Shown: positions 9,324 to 19,389, counted from the stretch's first letter. The stretch is 64,000 nucleotides of DNA from an uncultured Pseudomonadota bacterium (GCA_963836235.1 CAWIIP010000002.1:1696001-1760000); one strand, 5' to 3'. Translations and numbers: made by a program. The notes: a model not told the origin generated them from the sequence alone.

Positions 9324-11326
9324 TTAAAGCACCCTCACCGGCACCACCATCATGTTGAGCCCTTTGAAGACCAGCCGGGGCTGGATTTCTAGGGCGATAT
9401 GGTTGTGCAGTAAAGGCGTCCAGAGGGATTCCTTGGCGAAGATGAGCTTTCCGATAAAAAAGGTAGGGTTCCGGAAATCCGCCGCTGCCTTGTCGCAGAG
9501 GCCTTCCATGCCCTCGATCACGTCGGTGGCCACGGCGTAACGGTATTCCCCCCGGCAGCCCATGCGGTTTACCAGGTCCACATATTGCTTCAGGTTGTTT
9601 TCGGTGTCGGCTTTCAGGTTCTCCAGTTCCTCAACGCCCTTGAACTTGCCCGAATCCACCCGGGCGATGGAAAGGAAAAGAAAATCCTTGAAGCGGTTTT
9701 CGAAGATCTTTTCCGTCGAGAAAACCGCGTGGATGCCCAACCCGCCATAGCGGTCCACCAGCACCACCGCCGTGTGTTTGGCCTTGTCGCATCCGACCTT
9801 TTTCAGCTTTTTTGAAGCCTTTGGCAGGGGCAAGTCCTCCAGGTTGTCGTCCAGGCGTTTCAAAGCCCTCGCCACGCCCTTGTAATGGCGCTTGACCAGG
9901 AAACAAAGGACGATTAGCGCTCCCGTGATGAGCAGAGTGATGAAGCCCCCTTGCGTGAACTTCGTGGCCAGGGTGGCGGTCAGCACGATGGTGGTCAGGC
10001 AAAAGCCCAGCCCGTTGATAAAAAACTTCAAATACCAGCCCTTCTTTTGCTTTCGGACCTTCCACCAATGGATGCACATGGAAAGCTGGGAGAGGTTGAA
10101 GGTGATGAAGACGTTGATTGCGAAGAGAATGATCAAAAAGTCCACGTTCCCCCTGGAAAGCACCAGCAGGACCAGCGAAACGGCGCCGATGAAAAGCACC
10201 CCGTTCTTGCGCACCAATTGATGGGAAAGGTTGGCGAAACGCTGGGGCAGCCAGGAATCCACCGCCAGGTTGGCCATCACGATGGGGCCGCCGATGAAGC
10301 CGGTCTGGGCGGCGATGAACAACAAAAGCCCCTCGGAGAGGATGGTCACGGTTGAAATCCAGGCGCCCCACTGGTTGCCGAAGAGGGGAAGGAAAACAGC
10401 GTCGGCCAGGGAGGTGTTGAGGGTTTTGTCCGGTTGGAATTGGACGTCGAAAAGCACGTAGAGGAACAGGATGCCCCCGGCCGCCAGCGAAAGAGACACC
10501 GCCATGTACATCATGGTGCGCTGGCCGGTTCGCACCCGGGGTTCCTGGAGGCTGGCCATCCCGCTGGAGACCGCCTCCAGGCCCGTATAGGTCCCGCCGC
10601 CCAGGCTGTAGGCGGTGAAAAAGATCACGAGGAAGCCCCAAAGCCCCGTCGGCCCTGAGATGATCTGGTGGGTCTCGGTGAAGGCGCCCTGGATCACCGA
10701 GGGAATCTGGGTGAAGTGGCTCCAAAGCCCCGCCCCGATCAGGAGGGAATGGGTGGCCACGAAAAGCAGGAAGAGGGGCAGTAGGGGTTTGATGGATTCA
10801 TTGAGGCCCCGCAGGTTCAGCCAAATGAGGAGGATCACCACGGTCACCTCCAGGGCCAGCTTGTGGGGCAGTAGGGGGGAGCGAAGGAGCTGATGGCGTC
10901 CACGGCGGCGGCGATGGAAATGGAAATATCCAAAATATAATCCACCAGCAGGGCGCAGCCGGAGAAAAGCCCGGCCACGGGGCTCAAAAGCTTGCTGGCC
11001 ACCACGTAGCCGCCGCCCCCGCTGGGGAATTGCTCGATGATCTGGTTGTAGCTGGCGGAAATAATGAAGACCGTCACGGCGGTGGCCAGGGCCAAGAAGA
11101 TGGAAATATGGTGATAGGCCGCGCCCAGGGCCTTATAGGCTTCCGGCGGACCGTAGGCGGCGGAGGAGAGGCCGTCCGCTCCCAAGCCCACCCAGGCCAG
11201 GAACGCGATGAGGGAAATCTTGTGGAAGACGTCTTTATTCATGGGGTCCAGGGTCTTGCCCAGGACGATTTCTTCCATTTTTCTTTCCTGCATGATGGCT
11301 CCTAACTTCGAATGAGAAAACGCCAT
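9324..11326 (-). pseudogene. APC superfamily permease (KimA/YdaO-like), split by one frameshift near 10874-10879 (possible sequencing error)
   Basis: GADGLSSAAYGP...SYNQII..FPSGGGGY in the 5' ORF and LNLRG...TGLEAVS in the 3' ORF; one extra C in the C6 run joins them as APPLLPHKLALEVTVV. Confidence 0.85.
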
Positions 11327-11466
11327 TCTAGGTCTTGTCTTGCCGGACGCCTATCGGCAAGATGTTATAAAGCCGGAAATTCCAGACCTAGCTTCTTAGG
11401 AAATGCTGTCGTCTCGCGGACCTTGAGTTAAAATACGGGGATTATTCACCCAAGGAGGACATTGAT

Positions 11467-11784
11467 ATGCGCTGGTACCACTACTTTTCCTATTTTTGGG
11501 GCGGGGCCTTTTTGGCCAACGCCGTCCCCCATTTCGTCAGCGGGATCACGGGGCATCCCTTTCAAAGCCCCTTCGCCTCGCCCCCTGGCGTGGGATTATC
11601 CTCCTCAACCTTGAACGTGTTGTGGGGATCGTTCAATTTCGCCGTGGCCTACTGGCTCTTGTGCCGGGTTGGCCAGTTCGACCTTCGCCAGACGGGACAG
11701 GTTCTGGTCACGGCCTTGGGCGCCTTACTGATGGCGGTGATGCTGGCCCATCACTTTGGGCAGTTCTACGGCGGCCTCATCTGA
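11467..11784 (+). CDS. Conserved small membrane protein
   Basis: Strong RBS AAGGAGG; ANAVPHFVSG...FQSPFASPPG..LSS...NVLWG; 3 TM. Confidence 0.75.
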   Translation: MRWYHYFSYFWGGAFLANAVPHFVSGITGHPFQSPFASPPGVGLSSSTLNVLWGSFNFAVAYWLLCRVGQFDLRQTGQVLVTALGALLMAVMLAHHFGQFYGGLI

Positions 11785-11793
11785 TCTTTTGCG

Positions 11794-11819
11794 GTAACTT
11801 TTCAACCGCCTTTCCGGTA
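11794..11819 (+). promoter_or_regulatory. Putative ECF sigma promoter GTAAC-N17-GGTA
   Basis: About 40 nt upstream of msrB; one mismatch to the other two copies. Confidence 0.45.
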
Positions 11820-11860
11820 GAACCTTTTGGGTCAAAGAATGGATTATGGAGGGGGAAGCG

Positions 11861-12436
11861 GTGAAAAGAATGATGAAGTGGTTTATGGTGGCCGTGATGG
11901 GTCTGTTTTTCCGGGTTCACCCGGCGCAAGCTGATTCAATGAATGGAGGACAAGCCATGGGCAGCGACAATATGGGAACGCCGACCGAGGGGATGAAGTA
12001 CAAGAAACTCACGAAGGAGGAGCTGAAGAAAAAGCTCACGCCCCTTCAATACCAAGTGACCCAGGAAGAGGGCACGGAAGCGCCTTTTCATAACACCTAT
12101 TGGGACAACCACGCCGATGGCATTTACGTGGACGTGGTCTCGGGCGAACCCCTTTTCAGCTCCACCGACAAATTCGATTCAGGAACGGGCTGGCCCAGTT
12201 TTACCCAGCCCCTGGAGTCGGGGGATATCCAGAAAAAAGAAGATAAAACCCTGTTCATGGACCGCACCGAGGTGCGAAGCCAGCACGGCAATTGCCACCT
12301 GGGGCACGTGTTCGACGACGGCCCGGCCCCGACGGGATTGCGCTATTGCATCAATTCCGCTTCCTTGCGGTTCATCCCCAAGGCGGATTTAGAGAAGGAA
12401 GGCTACGGAAAGTACCTGAAGCTTTTCAAAAAATAA
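11861..12436 (+). CDS. msrB: Peptide-methionine (R)-S-oxide reductase with N-terminal signal peptide
   Basis: [36 protein letters not shown]. Confidence 0.95.
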   Translation: MKRMMKWFMVAVMGLFFRVHPAQADSMNGGQAMGSDNMGTPTEGMKYKKLTKEELKKKLTPLQYQVTQEEGTEAPFHNTYWDNHADGIYVDVVSGEPLFSSTDKFDSGTGWPSFTQPLESGDIQKKEDKTLFMDRTEVRSQHGNCHLGHVFDDGPAPTGLRYCINSASLRFIPKADLEKEGYGKYLKLFKK

Positions 12437-12444
12437 AAAGCTGA

Positions 12445-12597
12445 TGAACCACGAAGACACGAAGGGCACTAAGAACGACGAAAAGCAAAAATCTTTAACC
12501 GTGTGATCTAAAGTCTTTTTCAGCCCCGGTTAAAAGATGTTATAGGTCCAACATTTTTTTCCGCTTTTCTTGGTGCCCTTCGTGTCTTCGTGGTTCA
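12445..12597. repeat. REP/MITE-like element family 1 (31-bp terminal inverted repeats)
   Basis: TGAACCACGAAGACACGAAGGGCACTAAGAA at 12445 and its reverse complement (1 mismatch) at 12567-12597. Confidence 0.85.
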
Positions 12598-12622
12598 AAA
12601 TGTTTTTTCTTCGCTTCCCGGT

Positions 12623-13717
12623 TTACTTCCCCGTATAAATCACCTTGAAAATCCTTCCGCCGTGGTCGTCGGACACGAAAAGCTCGCCCTTGGGGCCGGT
12701 CAGGACATCCACGGGCCGTCCGATGTGCTCGGCGCCTTGGAGAAATCCCCACAAAAAATTCCGGGGTTTCCCGGAGGGCCGGTCGCCCTTCAAAGGCACG
12801 AAGACCACCTTGTAGCCGGTCGGAATGCTCCGATTCCAGCTTCCGTGAAAACAAATGAAAAAGCCACGCTGGTATTTCTTGGGGAATGCCGCGCCGGTGT
12901 AGAAGGTCATTCCCAAGGGGGCCGAATGGGCCTGGTACTCCAAGACCGGGAAACCGGTCTGGCGCACACCGTACTGCCCAAAATCGGGGTCGGGCACGGC
13001 CTTTCCCGGCAGGCTGTAGGAATAGGGCCAGCCGTAATCCTTGCCCTGCTGGATGAGGTCGATGGTCTCCGGGGGCAGGTCGTCGCCCAGGTAATCCCGG
13101 CCGTTCACTGAAGCCCAAAGTTCCCCGGTGCCGGGCCTAAAGGCAAGCCCTACGGCGTTGCGCAGGCCGCCGGCGTAAACCTCAAAATGAGACCCGTCCG
13201 GGTCGCAGCGGCAAATGGCGGCGTAGCGGGGGTCCGGCTCGACGCAGACGTCGCAGGTGCTTCCGATGGAAATATAAATTTTCCCGTCGGGCCCGAAAGC
13301 CAGGGTGCGGGTGAAATGCCGCCCGCCTGGAGGGAATTCCACTACCGTTTGGCCATCCTCTTTCGAAAGTTGTCGGTCCCCCGGGGTGAAGCGGGCCAGC
13401 CGGTCGGTCTCGGCGACATAAAGAAAGCCCTGATGGAAGGCCAGGCTGTGGGGCGTCATCAACCCGTCGATCACGACTCTCATTTCCGTGGAAGTTCCGG
13501 TTTGCCCGGGGTCCAGCAGTTCCAGGATGTGGCCCCCTTTCATGTCGCAAACGAAAAGGTTCCCCTCCGGCGAGAGGGCCATGCCCCGGGCGTTGCCCAG
13601 GTCGGACGCGTAAACCGAAACCTGGAATCCCGGCAGGGTGGAAAGGCGGGAAGCCGCGTCGGCCCACAAAAAGCCGGGAAAAAGAAGTAAGACGGCCGCG
13701 AGCCATGGACGCAACAT
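12623..13717 (-). CDS. PQQ-dependent sugar / L-sorbosone dehydrogenase-like beta-propeller
   Basis: Signal peptide; GLRNAVG, AHSAPLG, HGSWNRS..TGYKV, GRPVDV, SDD. Confidence 0.9.
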   Translation of the reverse strand: MLRPWLAAVLLLFPGFLWADAASRLSTLPGFQVSVYASDLGNARGMALSPEGNLFVCDMKGGHILELLDPGQTGTSTEMRVVIDGLMTPHSLAFHQGFLYVAETDRLARFTPGDRQLSKEDGQTVVEFPPGGRHFTRTLAFGPDGKIYISIGSTCDVCVEPDPRYAAICRCDPDGSHFEVYAGGLRNAVGLAFRPGTGELWASVNGRDYLGDDLPPETIDLIQQGKDYGWPYSYSLPGKAVPDPDFGQYGVRQTGFPVLEYQAHSAPLGMTFYTGAAFPKKYQRGFFICFHGSWNRSIPTGYKVVFVPLKGDRPSGKPRNFLWGFLQGAEHIGRPVDVLTGPKGELFVSDDHGGRIFKVIYTGK

Positions 13718-13810
13718 AAGCTCCTCAAACCGGCTTTTGTAACTACAACATCATAAACCTGATTAAGAATTTTCTCCTTAGGCCAATGAATAGTTTTTAG
13801 GGAAAGGTTG

Positions 13811-13976
13811 GGGCAGGGAACGGGGAAGTAACGGGCTTATCCTTCCAATTTTATGATCTGATCATAAATAGGCCTTCGTTTTTAGATTGGGTTTTCGGGG
13901 CGTTCGGCAGGGCAGGGAATGGAGAAGTAAAGCAGGCCTATTCTTCCAATAGTGTGATCTGATCACATTTATTAGG
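13811..13976. repeat. Degenerate ~65-bp direct repeat, each copy ending in a TRTGATCTGATCAYA palindrome
   Basis: Copies at ~13811-13875 and ~13910-13976 in a divergent intergenic region. Confidence 0.7.
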
Positions 13977-14115
13977 AGCCCTAACCACCTTGAACCCGCC
14001 AATGGGAGTCGTTTTATAACCCGGTAATAAAAAGCCTCCTTTCCCATTTACACCCCCCTCCCGCTTGATTATCGTTCCCTTGGGAAAATCAACGGTTTTC
14101 AGGGGAAGGCTTGGC

Positions 14116-14865
14116 ATGGAACATTGGGAAGCTTGGTGCAACCTGGGGGGGTCCCTCCTGGGCGCCTTGGGCGGGCTTTACCTGACCTATGACATCCTGG
14201 GCGGGAAGGACGGGCCCCTGGCCGGGGTGACCCGGGTGGTGACCTACTCGGCCTTATTCGCCATCGCCTATAGCGCGGGGCTGGGCTTGAAGTTTGGCTT
14301 GATCTCCAGTTTTGGGATGGGGGTCATCCTGGGGTACGAGTTCTACCTGGAATCCCGCCGCGTCCGTACCAAGGGAAAGCCCCGGCATTGGGCCACGGTG
14401 TTGGCCTTGGGCGCCAGCAGGGCCTTCATCCTTTCCCTGGGTTTGATGTCCATCACCAACTGGCGGATATTTTTATTCCTCTTCCCGCTTTATGCCCTTT
14501 TCATCTGCGGGACCTATTTTTTAGGTTTTTCCCCGGCGGATAACCTCAAGGTGTGCAAACGGCTGGAACTGAGGGCCGTGAATTTTTGGGTGTCGATCCT
14601 GCGGGGGGTGGGGGCTGGGCTTTCCTTTTGGGCGGCGGTTTCCATTGTTTCGGCTTTGGAACACTTATGCTTTTCATTCGCCCCGGCCTGGCGGGTGGGA
14701 CTGACCATCGGCGGCACCAGCTTTTTCGTCGGGTCTTTCACCCCCTGGGTGGAATATTGGGTGGACCGGATGTCCCGGCGCTGGCTGGCGGTAGTAGGGG
14801 TCACTTTCGCCATACTGGGTTTCCTGATCCAGGCCTTACCCAATTGGATTGTCTTACTCCAATAA
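14116..14865 (+). CDS. Hypothetical polytopic membrane protein
   Basis: Multiple hydrophobic segments; directly upstream of the flavin reductase. Confidence 0.65.
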   Translation: MEHWEAWCNLGGSLLGALGGLYLTYDILGGKDGPLAGVTRVVTYSALFAIAYSAGLGLKFGLISSFGMGVILGYEFYLESRRVRTKGKPRHWATVLALGASRAFILSLGLMSITNWRIFLFLFPLYALFICGTYFLGFSPADNLKVCKRLELRAVNFWVSILRGVGAGLSFWAAVSIVSALEHLCFSFAPAWRVGLTIGGTSFFVGSFTPWVEYWVDRMSRRWLAVVGVTFAILGFLIQALPNWIVLLQ

Positions 14866-14886
14866 TAGATGTCCAAGGAGGCTCCT

Positions 14887-15534
14887 ATGCGATTCGACCT
14901 GAGCCAAGTTCCCAAGAGAACCATCTACAATCTTATCAACGGTCTAGTGGCCCCACGCCCTATCGCCCTGGTCACCAGCCAGGGCCCCGGGGGCGTCCTC
15001 AACGCCGCCCCCTTCAGTTCCTACAACTACCTCTGCCACGATCCGGCCATACTGGGCTTTGGGGTGGCGGCCCGGCCTGACGGTAGCCAGACCCTTAAAG
15101 ATACGGTCCGCAATATCGAACAAACCGGTGAGTATGTGGTCAATGTGGTGACGGAGGATATCGGGAAGCAAATGAATATCTGCGGGGTGGATTTTCCCTC
15201 GGACGTGAGCGAGATGGAGATGGCGGGCTTTACCCCCGAGCCATCCCTGGTCGTCAAGACGCCCCGTATCAAGGAAGCCCACGCGGCGCTGGAATGCCGC
15301 CTCTTTCAAATTATCAAGCCCGGCCCGGGCCAGGCGCGCATTGTTTTAGGGAACGTGGTGGCGATTTATGTAGAGGACAAGTTTATCGACCCCCAGGGGC
15401 CTTATGTACTGGCGAAGGAACTTCATTCCATCGGCCGCATGAACGCCTTGAATTATTACGTCCACACTCGGGACGCCTTTTTTGAGATTCAGAGGTTAAA
15501 TTATGAGCAATGGCAAAAAGGTGAAAGGGGTTGA
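14887..15534 (+). CDS. Flavin reductase family protein (flavoredoxin-like)
   Basis: VAPRPIALVTS, NAAPFS, KDTVRNI..TGEYVVN, LEC; RBS AAGGAGG. Confidence 0.9.
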   Translation: MRFDLSQVPKRTIYNLINGLVAPRPIALVTSQGPGGVLNAAPFSSYNYLCHDPAILGFGVAARPDGSQTLKDTVRNIEQTGEYVVNVVTEDIGKQMNICGVDFPSDVSEMEMAGFTPEPSLVVKTPRIKEAHAALECRLFQIIKPGPGQARIVLGNVVAIYVEDKFIDPQGPYVLAKELHSIGRMNALNYYVHTRDAFFEIQRLNYEQWQKGERG

Positions 15535-15607
15535 GCCCGCAGAGATATGCCGCTGAAATATAAGCATACGGATGGGAAACTTTCGGTGGTGCTTCCCATT
15601 TGAAAAA

Positions 15608-15970
15608 CTATTTCACCACCGGTTCGATAGGGGAAAGATGGGCTTGGGTGCCTTCGGTGGGGAGACCGGCCTCAAACCATTCGTCGATACCGCCCGGATA
15701 GTTTTCCACTATGAAACCGCTGAGGCGCATGGCATGGGCCGCGCTGGCGCCGTCCGCGCGGCTTAAGTGGTCCCCGTAGGTGATGAAGAGTTTTTGCTTC
15801 CCATGCTTGCTTTCAACTTCCTGGAGGAAGGCGGCGTAATCCAGCGTCAAGGGCAGGCTCTGGGAGCCTTGAATATGAAGCTTTTGGAATGACTCTCGCG
15901 GAAGGACATTCAAGAGAACCACGCCTTCCTCCAGCCTTTTCACGGAGACTTCTTCTTTGGTCAGGGCCAT
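15608..15970 (-). CDS. Rhodanese-like domain protein lacking the catalytic Cys
   Basis: LLNVLP...HIQGS...ITYGD...YPGGIDEWFEAGLP. Confidence 0.85.
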   Translation of the reverse strand: MALTKEEVSVKRLEEGVVLLNVLPRESFQKLHIQGSQSLPLTLDYAAFLQEVESKHGKQKLFITYGDHLSRADGASAAHAMRLSGFIVENYPGGIDEWFEAGLPTEGTQAHLSPIEPVVK

Positions 15971-15972
15971 TT

Positions 15973-16362
15973 CTATTTTCCTTTTCTTTTTGCTTTAGGC
16001 GGCTTGGGCGTTTGGATCAGCGGCTCGGTGGTGTCGGTGGGCAAACCCGCCCGGGTCCAATCCAACAGCCCTCCCGGATAATGGTCCGCCTTAAAACCAT
16101 TGCCAGCTAAGATCTTGGCCGCGTTCAGGCCCAAGGTGCCTTCTTTATTCGCGCCGTAGGTAATAAAAGAAGTTTGCTTCCCGTATTTCCTTTTGGCCTC
16201 AATCGCGAAACTGCGGACGTTTGCGCCCAACGTCAGGCTTTGTGAATCCTTGATGTGAAGCCGGTCAAAATCACTTTCGGACAAAACGTTCAGCAGGACC
16301 ACGGCGGGGTCCTTCATTTTTTTTTGAACTTCTTCTTTCGTGAGGGGCGTCGGGGACTCCAT
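15973..16362 (-). CDS. Rhodanese-like domain protein lacking the catalytic Cys
   Basis: LLNVLS...HIKDS...ITYGA...YPGGLLDWTRAGLP. Confidence 0.85.
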   Translation of the reverse strand: MESPTPLTKEEVQKKMKDPAVVLLNVLSESDFDRLHIKDSQSLTLGANVRSFAIEAKRKYGKQTSFITYGANKEGTLGLNAAKILAGNGFKADHYPGGLLDWTRAGLPTDTTEPLIQTPKPPKAKRKGK

Positions 16363-16625
16363 GGGGCCAAGCTTTCCGGGGATTCTCCCTATACCATAGG
16401 CTTTTCGGGCCGGGTTGGGGGTTTTAAACTTGGATTTCGGGGCGGCCTTTACCGGGTGAAACCGGCGGGGAGTTTATCGTCACTTTAGGGCGTTTTCGAT
16501 CCCCTGTGCCGGGGATGGAAAAAGGAGCAGGCCCATCGGCCCGGTAACCTTCCTCTTTTCTAGTCCAATCCCACTGCACCAAGCCGTGGGGCTTGGTGCT
16601 CCCCGCCGCGGACAACTTCCGATTT

Positions 16626-18395
16626 CTACTTCGTATGTTTTTCAATCCAATCGGTTATATATTCCAGCGCTTCCGGCGCGATGGCTTCAGTGACATCCGG
16701 AAATTCCTCTAAATCACCCGTGATGGCGTGCCGTAAAGGGTGATCCAAACCCGGAAAGACCTTGGAAGTAAATTCTGGATGCTTCCCTTCTTTTAAGGCT
16801 TTTTCGACGGCGGGAATATTGACATCGGGGGGGACTAATAAATCTTTCTCGCCGCCCACATCCAAAACAGGGCAAGCAACCTGCCTTAAGGCGGGACCCG
16901 GATCATATTTCTCCCAATGTTTGTAATAAGCAAAGGGATAGGGATATTCCGCCCAATTGGGCACCGCGCTTTGAAGTTCCATTAATTCTTTAGAATCGTA
17001 TTTCTTCGCCATTTCTTCCTGGATGAACTTGTGTATTTTAGATTTGGCCTCCTCTTCGGTCTTGGAGCCGATCACTTCATCCATCATTCGTTTATATATC
17101 CTTGTGTAGAAAGCGATGTATTCGTCGCCGCGCCTCTCCACCGTCCAACTCCTCAGCCACTCAATGAGGTCTTGGCTTTTACAATCCTGACCGAGTCCTC
17201 CCATCAATACGATAAAGGCAACATCTTTTGATCGCGATGCCACCAGGGGCGCGGATATACTCCCTTCGCTGAAGCCGATCACGCCGGCCTGGAGGGGATT
17301 CACCTCTTTTCGATTCTTCAAATATTTAAAACCGGCGCAGGCGTCGTCGGCAAAATCCCCGACCGTTGCCTTATTGAAATCTCCGGACGAGCTTCCCACC
17401 CCTCGTTTGTCATAACGCAATACCGCCAGGCCGTGCCTTGTCAGGTAGTCTGAAAGAACAAGAAAGTTATTTGGCCAACCATATCCATCCCGGTCGGGTT
17501 TTCCCGAGCCATTGATCAGCAATACCGCCGGGAAGGGCCCGCCCCGATGGGGAAGGGTCAGGGTTCCAGCCAAGGTGACGCCGGCTTGTTGATTGGTAAA
17601 AGTCACCTGTTCTTCCCGGTAAGGGAAGGGCCTTTTCGGTTCGTAATTCGCCGGCTCCCGGACCACTTTCCGGTTAAAGGCCAAGGTGAAATCGAAAACC
17701 TTCTTTTTCCCGGCCTTCCATTCCCAGGTTTTATCGATGGGTTCATTGTGGGAGAGGGTGACATAGAACCGCTCTCTCCATTTCGAGCTGTAAAGCGTCG
17801 CGCGAAGCCCTTGGGTCTTGAGCTTAACGGTTAATTTCCCAAACGTGGATGAAGGCCCCAATAAAAAAGGCCCGTCGGTATGCGCCAGATCGATTTCCCG
17901 GTTCGGAGGTTGGGTCTCAGGCAAGGTCCCCGGGATTGAGTCCATCTGGTATGGATCCCCGGCCCAGTCGTCGTATAAAAAATCTAATTGGGCGGTGACA
18001 CCGAGGATGGTAATCGGCCCCGTGGGGATGAGGGTGTAACGGACATGAATTCCGGATTTCAGGACCTTAATCGAGGTTTTTAAGTTGGCCGAAACATGAT
18101 TCGGCAGGTAGAACTTCACTTGTGTATCGGGAGATTTGCCTGAGACACCGTACCAACTGCGGCCATTGAAGCCCTGCCAGTTTTGGGATGAGTAAATCAA
18201 CGGTTTTATAAACATAACTTGCTTCATATTTTCCAAGACATTGATCGAGCCGTTGTCCAGGATTTGAACATGAAGGGGTTTACCCTCAACGGTTGGGGTG
18301 CTGTTGGCGGAATTCGCCTGCATCACGCTGGGGAAAAATAGGATGGTCCCGAAAAACAACCTTAAAGCGTATTTGAATTTTTTGTTGTTTTTCAT
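16626..18395 (-). CDS. Secreted alpha/beta-fold hydrolase with an unassigned N-terminal domain
   Basis: Signal peptide; LAGTLTLP, GSG..DRD, RYDKRGVG, GFSEG nucleophile elbow, GEKD, GLDH. Confidence 0.88.
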   Translation of the reverse strand: MKNNKKFKYALRLFFGTILFFPSVMQANSANSTPTVEGKPLHVQILDNGSINVLENMKQVMFIKPLIYSSQNWQGFNGRSWYGVSGKSPDTQVKFYLPNHVSANLKTSIKVLKSGIHVRYTLIPTGPITILGVTAQLDFLYDDWAGDPYQMDSIPGTLPETQPPNREIDLAHTDGPFLLGPSSTFGKLTVKLKTQGLRATLYSSKWRERFYVTLSHNEPIDKTWEWKAGKKKVFDFTLAFNRKVVREPANYEPKRPFPYREEQVTFTNQQAGVTLAGTLTLPHRGGPFPAVLLINGSGKPDRDGYGWPNNFLVLSDYLTRHGLAVLRYDKRGVGSSSGDFNKATVGDFADDACAGFKYLKNRKEVNPLQAGVIGFSEGSISAPLVASRSKDVAFIVLMGGLGQDCKSQDLIEWLRSWTVERRGDEYIAFYTRIYKRMMDEVIGSKTEEEAKSKIHKFIQEEMAKKYDSKELMELQSAVPNWAEYPYPFAYYKHWEKYDPGPALRQVACPVLDVGGEKDLLVPPDVNIPAVEKALKEGKHPEFTSKVFPGLDHPLRHAITGDLEEFPDVTEAIAPEALEYITDWIEKHTK

Positions 18396-18410
18396 AAAGC
18401 CTCACTGACG

Positions 18411-19313
18411 TTAAAGCTTCGGTAGACAAACCAAATATTCCAAATGTTTCGCGATTTCGGGTGAAGCCGTAAATTCCAGGCCGAACTCCTTCTTGACCTG
18501 GCTCATGTCAAACAACATGGGGGTTGCGTCCCAGCCCTTGTCTTCAACCACGACCTTACTTTTAGAGCCCGTGATCTCAATAGCCTTTTGAGCCACCTTT
18601 TCCCATGTCACGAACTCAGTGGACAGGCCAAAGAATATCCGGCGGTTAAGATCGCTCTTTAAAACGGCGCTGTACAATTTCGCCAGGTCGCCCGCCCAGA
18701 TGAACTGGGTGCCGTCGTGCTTGGTGACCGTGATGGGTTCGTTCTTTTTCGCCGCCGCCGCGATTTGGTTGAAACGCTTGTCCGGTTGGGTGACTCCATC
18801 GGGATAGGCGGGATTGCCGAAGGTATAGCCGGGGCGGATAATGTTACAGCGTATCTTCGCTTTGGCCGCGAAGCCCAATAAATAGGCTTCCGAAGAGGCT
18901 TTGGTGGCCCCGTAAAGGTCTACCGGCCTGGGATCGATACTTTCGGTCATGTGGGGGCGGAATTCTCCAACCGCCGCCGTGGAAGAAGTGTAGAGAAACT
19001 GCTTCACGCCAGCCTCTTCCGCTTTCTCCATCAAAAAGGCCGTGACCACCGTGTCCTTTTGAAGCATGGTGGTGGGCGTTTCCCCCCAACCCAGGGCGAT
19101 ATGCACGCAAGCGTCACAACCCTTCAAGGCCTTTTCCATGATCGGCTGGTCATAGAGGTTGCCTTCCACGATCTCGACTCCGGCCAAGGTTTTAAGCGAG
19201 GGGATTTTATGGGTGTTACGGATAAGAAGACGAAGCTCATGGCCCTGGGCCAGAAATTCCTTCACGACCCAATGCCCGATAAAGCCGCTGCCGCCGGTTA
19301 AAAATATTTTCAT
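18411..19313 (-). CDS. NAD-dependent epimerase/dehydratase (extended SDR)
   Basis: TGGSGFIG, YTSS, YGATK. Confidence 0.9.
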   Translation of the reverse strand: MKIFLTGGSGFIGHWVVKEFLAQGHELRLLIRNTHKIPSLKTLAGVEIVEGNLYDQPIMEKALKGCDACVHIALGWGETPTTMLQKDTVVTAFLMEKAEEAGVKQFLYTSSTAAVGEFRPHMTESIDPRPVDLYGATKASSEAYLLGFAAKAKIRCNIIRPGYTFGNPAYPDGVTQPDKRFNQIAAAAKKNEPITVTKHDGTQFIWAGDLAKLYSAVLKSDLNRRIFFGLSTEFVTWEKVAQKAIEITGSKSKVVVEDKGWDATPMLFDMSQVKKEFGLEFTASPEIAKHLEYLVCLPKL

Positions 19314-19389
19314 CGTCCGATTCCCGCCTTTTGAGACCTTGATTGAAAAAAAACTATCCCCGCCATTATCCACTATTTTGGAACCGAAC

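Noticed and set aside
9631-10725. Long alternative-frame or antisense ORFs (also 32672-33556, 39217-40239, 54342-55229)
   Set aside because: They overlap well-supported genes and lack motifs; expected in GC-rich DNA
11327-11460. c-di-AMP (ydaO) riboswitch before the KimA-like permease
   Set aside because: The region is short and I could not find the consensus
12445-12597. CRISPR array or integron attC sites
   Set aside because: The repeats are inverted pairs, not direct repeat-spacer arrays; no cas or intI gene is present
15608-16362. Selenocysteine at the rhodanese active sites
   Set aside because: The codons are Gly codons, not TGA
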